A stretch of DNA of 64,000 nt from Amoebophrya sp. A120 (lineage: Eukaryota > Protista > Dinoflagellata), in contig CAJINV010000004.1 of assembly GCA_905178155.1 (NCBI GenBank), forward strand, positions 10,399,655 through 10,463,654. The letters run 5' to 3'. Below the pieces are notes generated by a model that was given only the letters and a program-made list of their open reading frames with translations, searched no databases and was not told the origin of the DNA. The position numbers and the translations under genes are program-made. Below are positions 38,947 through 48,199 of the stretch, piece by piece (the first letter of the stretch is position 1; every line of letters starts with the position of its first letter).

Positions 38947-41900
38947 TCACGATTCCGAGCACTGTGCAACGGCACACAGATCTGCGATCAGTATTCTCAA
39001 GTCTGGATGTCGGTCGAGAAATTGCTTCGCCCGCGTTTCAGAATCGAAAAAGGAAAAACAAAATTGGTTCGCAAGATCTCGAGAAGTGGCACCAGTACCA
39101 GTTGCTTCTATTTCAGCGTCGTGGATGTTGTTTTCCGAGCTGGGAAGTTGTATAGCAGGCTCCCCGTCTCGTCGTTCTTGACAAAAATAACCTGCTCCCT
39201 CGTCGTCCTCGTCGTGTTCGTGCATACCATTTTTCACACACCTATGCGCGGCCGCCTTTTCGATGCTGCGCAGGAGCCCCTTCTGCACTGCGGCCGGCGT
39301 GTTGCAGAGATCTAGCAAGGCGGAATACGGCCACAGCAACCAGTCCCGCGCCTTCCCGCACGTTTCCGCAAGAAATTTCCGCATCACACCAGGGTCCGGG
39401 CAGGGGCCTAGACACGCAGCGCACTCCGCCACACAGGATTCTGGCACCCGGGTGATCGGTAGATACCCCGCACACAGCAAACTTTGTGCACAAACGCCGG
39501 CAGCCACGCGCCGCAAAAATTCCGCTTGCGTCGCCGCGGAAACCGCAGCGAAATGGGCTGCTACGCAACTGTATCCGGAAAGAACGCAACAAAGTGCATC
39601 GGAAAACACGACGCAACAAGGACCTCCCGCGGCTTGGCAGAGAAGCTTTCGCCCTTCTTTCTCGCACCGGCTCTCGAGAAATGCATCCATCTGCTTCATC
39701 TGAACCTCCGTGAAATTATCTGATGAAGAACAAAGTAGATCTTCCGCCTCGGTAATTTTCAAATCTTTTCCGAGCGGCCGGTGAAAATTGACCCGTCTCT
39801 TCCTCTTAGTAGTCGCATTGCTGGCCGTAGTCGCGTCGTCATCAGAGGACCTTCCTAGAGAGGCGGCTCCGCCCACCGCCTGCGCGCGCCTCAATCGGTG
39901 CGTTCTCCGGCGTCTGGCGCGGCGATGCGTTTCTTGTAATGCAGTTAGCTCTGAGAGGCCAGCGACAGCAGGAGCTTCTTCTGACGGACTAGTATTTTCA
40001 TTCGCCTGTACGAGTACCCCCGCATCGCCAATACTTGCCGGAGGCGCCGCCCCCGGCGGAAGTGGTAGTGATCCTACACCTGCGCTGTTGATGACATCAG
40101 TTCCGACATTCCGAGTGTCAACAGCCCCGCCCTGCTCCACCTCCCCCGCATTATTAAACACGGCAGCCGCGGCGCGCAGTCTGCTACTTCCCGTTCTTCG
40201 CAGGAAGGGGTAGGCAGGTGGAGGTGCGGGTGGTGCTAGTTCAAGTTCTTCTTGAGCGACATGATTATTCTGCGCACGACTTCTTCTATCATCCCTGCCA
40301 GCTGCTCTGAGCGGCTCCCACTCTGCTGTCCTCCCTTCGGACCGCTCGTCGCGCAGCGCCTGCATACGCGCTTGTCGCTGTTGCACCCAGCGTGCTCGTC
40401 TCGCTGCGTCGGACTTTATCTTCACGAGCTGGTCCAGCCTATACGCCTGGGCGACGATCCCCGTGCAGATTTGTCCTGCAGTGAAAGGGCTTGTTTCTCC
40501 TCTGAGTAGATCTTCGACTGCCTTTTGCCGGACGAAATCCGCCTGCGACCGGCCTTGCTTAGTACCAGATATTGGCCCGCTTCTGTTCATCGCAGCTCCG
40601 ATGAACGCGGTAGATGACCTACTGTGGTCCTCGGAGGCGGGGGACAAGAGGGCCGGCCCTTGTTGATGAGCGTCACTTTCGTCGCCAGTCATCTCCTCCT
40701 GAGAGGAAAGAGCAGGCCATTCTCCATGCAAACCTGGACCCTCGACGGCCGCTCTTTCCACGAACGCGGCGTACTCTCGCTCCGCGCGGTTGACGAAGGT
40801 TTCCCATTTTCTCGTCAGATCCGCTTCGGATTGTTCTTGCAGTAGCAGAGAACTACTAGTACCAGCAGCAGCAGCCGTGTTTCCAATAGTATAACTGCGG
40901 TTCATTTCGTTTTTCATCTCACATCTACTCCCCTCAAAGTGGTCGGTGTTCTGATGTTCCTGATCCCCAGCACCACTACTGCTCCGCAGCAGCAGACTTT
41001 CCAAGCCTCTACACAGCTCCTCCTCGCTGAAGCATGCTTGGTTCGGGCAAACGTGCGCCGAACAGCGGCAATCACTCCGCCAGCTATTTTGTCTCAACCG
41101 ACTGGCTTGCTGCAGGTGCAACGGGACGTACCGGAGCGTCTTTTCGGTATCCACGCCCGTGCGACACACGGGGCAGGCGAGGTTGCGCCTTCGCCACTTT
41201 TCTGCACATTTTAAGCACGCGGAATGTCCGCAGGCATAGAGGACAACCCGGTTGTGCAGCTTCGGGTCATCTTCGGCGCTTGCTGATGGCGGTTTCGTTG
41301 CACTTGATGTTGTGCTGGGTATTGCATCATGTAGTTGTACCTCTTCACGGTTTATAATTCCCGCACCTGAACAAGTAACAGCCGCTCTACAAGCTCTCGT
41401 GCTTGTTTCTACCGGTACCGGTGTCGCAGAAGTACATCCATTTGTGTTCGTAGCTCCGGACGCACCAGTGGAGGTGCCTGCTGCGTGGTGAACAAGCGTA
41501 TAATTTCTGCCATCATCATCTTCCCCCAATACAACATTTCCGCGTTCTCTTGTCGTGCAGATCAGCGGAGTAGTGACGGAGCAAAGAGGCGGGAAAAGAA
41601 CCGAGCATGAATCCGCAGTGCATTCGTTTCCACACTCCTGCTCCTGATCAACACTGATAACTTCGCCACGATCGACGTCTACTGAACTTTCGTCACGACC
41701 AGTGAAGGGCAGCAAAGTCTGCTGCTGGACGACCGCATGACCCGAGCTGCGAACTACACAGCTCCCTACTGGTTGCGGGCGCAGTTGTGAACAAGTGGCT
41801 TCATGTTCATCCCTATCGTGTGGGAAGATTTCGTCTTCAGGCACGTTTGTCATGGACGAACTTCGCAGCGACCACGCGCGGCTTGCGGTCGTGGGTTGCA

Positions 41901-42741
41901 ACGTGGAAAAAGAACTGGAAGAGGAGGGACTCGGGAATGGTACACGACTAGCGCCGCCGGCTATCGTACTAGATTCTCCGCCCGAAAAAGAGCTCCTGGG
42001 CTTATTTTGCGTAGATTGCTGCTCTCGCTCCTCTTCTCCGGGCGCTGCTGCGGTGCCGCCTTGTTGTCCTCTGTTACTCGAATCTATCGGGTGGTCTTCT
42101 GGCGCATGATAATCCGCATTGCTGAAAATGTCCTCTTTTAGGCAAATTGCGCAAGGAAACACCGGCGTACTGAGGACTTTTGACGTTCCAGGTGCCTTCC
42201 TGCCGCGAGACGGATTATTTACTTCCTGCCGAAAGAAATTAGGCTTGTATCCCGTCCAGCGCAGGGCAAAAAAGACCCGCAGGTCTGTCGAGGTTAGCGG
42301 TGTCGTCGTGCCACTCTTGTTTCTACTCGGACCCGCAGCCTCATTCGGCGAAATACCCATTCCCCCACACGACATCCGCACCTGCTCCGGCGCCCGCACG
42401 GTCTGTCGTCCTCCTGGCACAGCAGCTTCCGACGCCTGTAAAACACGGCGGTCGGTTGGTCGCTCTCTGGTATTGAGTCTGTCGTGTTGCGAAGATGAGG
42501 ACGAGAGAGGTACAAAGGACGGCGCACTACTGCCACTGCTGCTCGACGCGGTTGATGTAGTAAGTCGAGCATTGGAGTTGTAGAAAAACGATTTGACAGA
42601 CAGAGCGGTGGCGAAGCCCAGCGATGCAGGCGGAGGAGAGGACTCATGCCTACTTCCAAATTCGAGCGTGGTTGCCGCAACGAAAAAATAGAAAAGGCCC
42701 CGAGGGACGTCGAACATGATTGTGGTTCTCTTCGAAGACAT
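38947..42741 (-). CDS. Intronless 1264-aa RING-finger-containing low-complexity protein
   Basis: PCAICLKE ... CGHSACLKC...CPVCR; Cys-rich C-terminal region. Confidence 0.75.
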   Translation of the reverse strand: MSSKRTTIMFDVPRGLFYFFVAATTLEFGSRHESSPPPASLGFATALSVKSFFYNSNARLTTSTASSSSGSSAPSFVPLSSSSSQHDRLNTRERPTDRRVLQASEAAVPGGRQTVRAPEQVRMSCGGMGISPNEAAGPSRNKSGTTTPLTSTDLRVFFALRWTGYKPNFFRQEVNNPSRGRKAPGTSKVLSTPVFPCAICLKEDIFSNADYHAPEDHPIDSSNRGQQGGTAAAPGEEEREQQSTQNKPRSSFSGGESSTIAGGASRVPFPSPSSSSSFSTLQPTTASRAWSLRSSSMTNVPEDEIFPHDRDEHEATCSQLRPQPVGSCVVRSSGHAVVQQQTLLPFTGRDESSVDVDRGEVISVDQEQECGNECTADSCSVLFPPLCSVTTPLICTTRERGNVVLGEDDDGRNYTLVHHAAGTSTGASGATNTNGCTSATPVPVETSTRACRAAVTCSGAGIINREEVQLHDAIPSTTSSATKPPSASAEDDPKLHNRVVLYACGHSACLKCAEKWRRRNLACPVCRTGVDTEKTLRYVPLHLQQASRLRQNSWRSDCRCSAHVCPNQACFSEEELCRGLESLLLRSSSGAGDQEHQNTDHFEGSRCEMKNEMNRSYTIGNTAAAAGTSSSLLLQEQSEADLTRKWETFVNRAEREYAAFVERAAVEGPGLHGEWPALSSQEEMTGDESDAHQQGPALLSPASEDHSRSSTAFIGAAMNRSGPISGTKQGRSQADFVRQKAVEDLLRGETSPFTAGQICTGIVAQAYRLDQLVKIKSDAARRARWVQQRQARMQALRDERSEGRTAEWEPLRAAGRDDRRSRAQNNHVAQEELELAPPAPPPAYPFLRRTGSSRLRAAAAVFNNAGEVEQGGAVDTRNVGTDVINSAGVGSLPLPPGAAPPASIGDAGVLVQANENTSPSEEAPAVAGLSELTALQETHRRARRRRTHRLRRAQAVGGAASLGRSSDDDATTASNATTKRKRRVNFHRPLGKDLKITEAEDLLCSSSDNFTEVQMKQMDAFLESRCEKEGRKLLCQAAGGPCCVVFSDALCCVLSGYSCVAAHFAAVSAATQAEFLRRVAAGVCAQSLLCAGYLPITRVPESCVAECAACLGPCPDPGVMRKFLAETCGKARDWLLWPYSALLDLCNTPAAVQKGLLRSIEKAAAHRCVKNGMHEHDEDDEGAGYFCQERRDGEPAIQLPSSENNIHDAEIEATGTGATSRDLANQFCFSFFDSETRAKQFLDRHPDLRILIADLCAVAQCSES

Positions 42742-43480
42742 TCACACGACAATGACAAACATAGGTATCAATATGTGTTTGCAAACGTAATTCTAATTGT
42801 ATCGACGTGTTGTACGTAGTGAAGAACAAGTTTCGCAGACATCAACAAATACAGGAAGATAAATCGCACGACTCTATCGACAAGGTGTTCCATTCTACTC
42901 CTGTGACAGTTCACGTACTCGCAGAGCGGGCTGCTCACCTACCTTGTCCATGCTGCATCAGGCAATAAATAAAAGAAGAGAAATCAAACAACCTGGGATC
43001 ATGGTCGGTAAAAAAACAATTTACAATCACCTCGTTCTACTTCTGCACGTGGCTTCTCATCGATCCATGCGCCACCCGCAGCAAAAAAGCTTGTCCAAAA
43101 TTCAGCAAACGGCCAAAAAGATCGCCCGCCAAGATTCTACAGCCCAAAACATCTCACTTACAAATCCATTCCAGGAGAGAGGTTTCTGCACGTAACGAAC
43201 GGCACAACTGGAGGACTGTTGCACTCAACGTCTCTCCTTGATGCACTACATGCACATGCCCGCAACAAGCCTGCCGGTGTTTTTGCTTCTGAGTTTGATT
43301 TATTTTTGTAGAGCACATCAGAAATTGTGGTTAGCAAACAGTAGCTCTGAAAAATATCGGATAGACCGCAAGGAGAAGGAGGTCACACTCACACAGTGGC
43401 CGCCCGAAGGTCAACATCACATTTTGCGTCAGTGATAGCTTAAGATATGCCATAAGAAACATAAAAACTGAGTTGTAAAC

Positions 43481-45360
43481 CGAAAAAAAATATCATGTGA
43501 TTTTTACTTCATGCTGTTCTGAAATAATTGTTTTATTTAACACGGTTGAAATAATTGCACCGTGCCCACGGCGTGTGGGAGTCCTCGTTTGGACTTTTTT
43601 CTGAGAGAACTGAGAGCCGGGAATTTTTTGAAACTCCATCACAAAGCATGATGGTTGTCCAACTCCGTGTTCTCTCTTGGTCGTCTCCGTGTTGAAGTCC
43701 CTTCGGCACCAGTTTATTGCTGTCATCGGGTTTGCAGTCATCGGGTTTGCAGCTTCCACCCGAGCCTGCACCACCCACTGGCTTTGGACAGCTTCCGAGT
43801 GCAGCCATCTTCTTGGGACCCAGCCAGCAGCGCGACAAAAGGAAACAACCAGTGACCCAGAGCAGGCCGACATAGTCTGGGTAACCACAAGAAGGAAGGA
43901 AGCCCGGGGGCTGTTACTGGTGATTTTGCTTCTTGCAGTTGTCGCGAGCGATCTGCTGCGTGGGAGGGTCGCCAGTTCTGGAAAGTGATACGACGGTGAC
44001 ACGACCACCGCGCCACCGGAGGATAACCCGCTGCTCTAGCCCTCCAGCCGGGCCCTGGAAGCAGAGACTACCTGCTGCTGCCGACGAACGGCGTTTGCCG
44101 TCCCCCCCACTGGCCGGAAGACGCTAAAAGACAATAAGGAGCCGGCGTAGCAAGTGAACCGAACCCGACCGTCATAGTCCAGGGGCCCCCGACAAAGGCT
44201 CCTGGGGTCGGGATTCGGCGATTTAAGACTACGCAAGCCCGGTCCTTGTTCGTCTCCAGCCAGGAGCGGACAGTGGATTTATCCTCTTACAAAGAGGATT
44301 TTTATTAGCCCGGAACCGCGTGCCGTCGTGTCTGAAGACGAACAACCGTCCCGGAGGAGCGGAATCCGTGCAGGGCCAGTTCGCAGCTTAACCCCCTAGA
44401 TCCTGCAGTACTATCGTGCTGAACTGCCGGGCACCTGCGTCGCCACCGTGCCCCACATTTCCACCGAAGGCCCAAACCGGTGGTGAAGACGAGACTAGAC
44501 GCACGCTTGCCGTTCCCTCAGCTGTCCAGAAGACAGTAAAATACAGCAACAGTTCCGAGGAAGGAGGCAGCAGCGAAACAAAGAGGCGTGACCACCCGAC
44601 GCACATCCACCCTTGCCGTCCTCCAGCCATAGCTGGTCGTCATAGTCCGCGCGGCCCCGACAAGGACGCTCGGGATCAGCGGTTTGGAGCACGCGCTACT
44701 GTCTTGAAGATCGAGGTGGTGAGCCGTAGTCGTGTGTGTCCACACTTTCTAGTCTCGTGCAGAACCCCCAAACAAAAAGATCCCAAAAAAGTAAAAGACG
44801 GCATCAGGGACAGTATATAGCTAGCCGCAAAAACAAAAGACCTCAAAAAAGTAGAAGAGTGGCAAGAGGCAACACAGAAATAGCCACCGGGGGTTCTGCT
44901 TTTCTCCGTTTTTCCTTTGCCAATATTGACGCTGCGTCTCGCGATGATATGCCGCGCCGCCGGAGCCCGACAGCGATAGAGGAGCTCCTGCGGACAGGCG
45001 TGATCACAGAACGCGAGGCGAAGGAATACCGCGAGAACACGGAGGAAACGAAGCAGCACCTAACCAGCCTGCACCACCTCCCGCTCCTCATCCCCTTCAC
45101 AAGCAACTATACCGCGTTGATAAAGGTTGAACGCGACCACGACAACCTAGCGCAGGAAACAGAGGAGAGACGCGGGTGGCTCCGGTCCAAGGAGACATCA
45201 CAGCAGCACTCCGCAGCGTCCCGAGGGGATTTCGCGCTCTTCGTCTACGAGTACTGCCCCTGCAGCCTCATCGTGGAACTGACGAGGAACAGAGCGCCCG
45301 TTCAGGCCCTTGCCACGACACGAAAAAAAATATCATGTGATTTTTACTTCATGCTGTTCT
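43481..45360. mobile_element. 1.8-kb insert flanked by perfect 40-bp direct repeats
   Basis: CGAAAAAAAATATCATGTGATTTTTACTTCATGCTGTTCT at 43481-43520 and 45321-45360. Confidence 0.6.
44949..45320 (+). pseudogene. Truncated plus-strand ORF inside the insert (possible retroelement ORF start)
   Basis: MPRRRSPTAIEELLRTGVITEREAKEYRE... reads protein-like until it runs into the right 40-bp repeat. Confidence 0.35.
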
Positions 45361-46650
45361 TGGGGGCAACTAATCATTTGAAGGGGCGATCAACAAATAG
45401 GAGTTCAATTCATCCGTGGAAAACTTTTCGTGAAAAAAAAGTACTAGAGAAAGGTACTTTATTATCAAAGAAACGCACTAATTCCTGAAGCCGTGATGGA
45501 AGCTAGATCGATGCTTCACACTTCTTCAGAAACTGGGTCCAATTAATTAATAGACACTTCTAGTTGTTGAAGATAAACAACATATTTTTACTCAAACTCC
45601 TATACTTAATATCATTTCATTTCTGCGTGCCTGTTGTAGTGGAAGAGTACATTATTGAGCTAAGGGTTTGGTACTACTTACTTCTCGTTCTCTCTGCTTC
45701 TTCTCCATCTTGCCGCTTCGCGCTGCTCCAATTTATTTGTAGTACAGAAAATGAATAAGCCCGAAGGTTCGAAGATTTTATACAACTGAACTGCAAATAC
45801 AAAGAATCGAAGAGGTAACGTCCTTATGTTCGCGGATGGGTTTCGACCTGGAAAAATTCATACGGTGTCGCGGCTACTTACTTGCTGAGCCCTGTTTTGA
45901 AAAGCGCATTAGTTGTGGCCTGAATACAACTCTAGGGTACTTGAACTATGTTGCCCGTACGAAAAGTGTACTTTTACGTCTAACTCCAAGAACTTCTGCA
46001 GCACAGGAACTAGACTTTTCGTCAAGACCCTGAACGGAAAGCAGTGAGTGCAGCGAGCGCGTACCCGGACTCGCTCGTGTTCTTCTTCTTTTGACTACTC
46101 GACGGACAACATAATAAATTGTTGTAGGTGGAAGATGAAAATTGTTCGGCGGTCAACAAGGAGCCTCCGGCCGCGGCCTCCAGCGGAAGGGGGCAGGAAG
46201 ATTTATCAAACGGAAATTCCCGGCGATTCGTCCTCAAAAGTGTCATCCAGGGTAGTTTCCGTCTCGTTGCTTTTTCTCCGAATAGGCTCCGGGTGCTTGC
46301 TTGTGCTCTTTGTCGTTCCTGCCACGTGAATTTTTCCCGCTGCTGCTACTGCGACCTTTGTCGTATGATCTGCGGCGTGCTGCTCGAGCTCGTCTTTGCA
46401 ACATGGACCTTGTTTGTTTCAACATGAAATATTGATGACAGCGTTGGCGCAATTCAACATCTACGTAGTACACGGCTTCAAGCCTACTTTATATATCTTT
46501 TCCGAAAGCGAACTAGTTACACGCATTCCCAATGAGACGTGTGCTTCTTCGTCTTCACGCGAGCTAACTCTTCATGCGAGATGTATTTCTTTGGCCGCAA
46601 AAATGCAATTGCGCATGGCTGCTGCAGCATTGCGAAGTTTTTTCTCAATA

Positions 46651-48178
46651 TAGTTGGGGCTGAGTCCGTTACGGTTCGTTACGGCTCGTTTCACCGTAAC
46701 GAACGAATTTTCGTTCGTTCGTTACGGTTCGTTTCACCGTAACGAACGAACGAGCGAGTTCGTTTGTGGCATCAGAACGAACAAACGAACGAACGAACGA
46801 ACGCACTGGCTTTGCCATCCAAACGAACGAACGAACGAACGAACGAACGAATGCGTGTTCGTTCGTTCGTTCGTTCGTTCGTTTCACCGTAACGAACGAA
46901 CGAACGAAGTGGCTTCGCAGGTTCGCTAACGACCAAACGAACGAACGGACGCAATTTCGTGAGCTCGTTATGGTTCGTTTCCCCGTAACGAACGAACGAA
47001 CGAGCCCGGTTCTGGCAGCCAAACGAACAAACGAACGAACGAACGAACGAAGGGATTTGCGTTCATTCGTTCGTTCGTTATGGTTCGTTTCCCCGTAACG
47101 AACGAACGAACGAAGTGCTTCGCGGGGTCCGTTAACGACCAAACGAACGAACGCGCGGGCTTTCGGTCGCCCGTTCCGGCTCGTGGCGGCTCCCGCTAAA
47201 GTAAAGTTTATAAATGAAGTATACCATCGCGGGGAATATTCCGCAGGACGGTATTCTGTATTTATGTGTCGCCACCCCAGAGGCTCGACATCCACTAACC
47301 ATGACCGTCAGCTGCGCAACGTGCGCCAAGAAAAGGCAGCGACCGCGACGCACCCAGGGGCCGCCCGCGTGGAGGACACGCATGCAGGATTTTTGGCCCC
47401 CACACTACCGAGCCGGACCGCGGGTTTTCGGTCGCCCCCCCGTTCCGGCTCGTGGCGGCTCCCGTTAAAGTAAAGCTTATACATAAATGAAGGATACCAT
47501 CGCGGGGAATACTCCGCAGGGCGGTATTCTGTATTTATGTGTCGCCACCCCAGTGGCTCGACATCCACTAACCATGACCGTCAGCTGCGCAACGTGCGCC
47601 AAAAAAAGGCAGCGAACGTGACGCACCCAGGGGCCGCCCGCGTGAAGGACACGCATGCACGATTTTTGGCCCCCGCACTACCAAGCCGGGCCGGCTCGCT
47701 CGGATGCCTCGGGCTTCGCCTAGAAGAACACGAGCAAGCGCGCGACCTTGCCGTAATCGGACGGACGTCCAGGGCTCCGCTCGGACGCTCCGCTTGGACC
47801 GCCGAGACGAGCATGCCGCCGCATTTCTCTTTGACGGGCAACCGCCTACCAGAAGATCTCGCCGGACTTGTTCGCTAAAGAGAAAAGCACAAAGCCAGCG
47901 CCGGACGTTCTTCGCCGTCTCGCGGAAAGACGACGAGGGAGTTTTCACCTTTTGCAGTGTTCACGCACGGGCGTCTTTTTTCCAAAATCGGATTCGTTCG
48001 TTACGGCGTGCCGGCGCGTAACAAGCTCGTTCGTTACGGTGAAACGAACCGTAACGAACGAACGGAAATTCGTTCGTTACGGTGAAACGAACCGTAACGA
48101 ACCGTAACGAACGAACGAAAATTCGTTCGTTACGGTGAAACGAGCCGTAACGAACCGTAACGGACTCAGCCCCAACTA
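46651..48178. mobile_element. Non-autonomous TIR DNA transposon (TA TSD) with (GAAC/GTTC)n arrays and an internal 273-bp tandem duplication
   Basis: TA|TAGTTGGGGCTGAGTCCGTTACGG...CCGTAACGGACTCAGCCCCAACTA|TA; ~80-bp perfect TIR; ~47153-47425 repeats at ~47420-47695. Confidence 0.9.
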
Positions 48179-48199
48179 TACTCTTTTTTCTTGTCCACA

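Noticed and set aside
46669-47295. ORFs with RSFV/TNER repeats
   Set aside because: Translations of the (GAAC)n microsatellite within a TIR element
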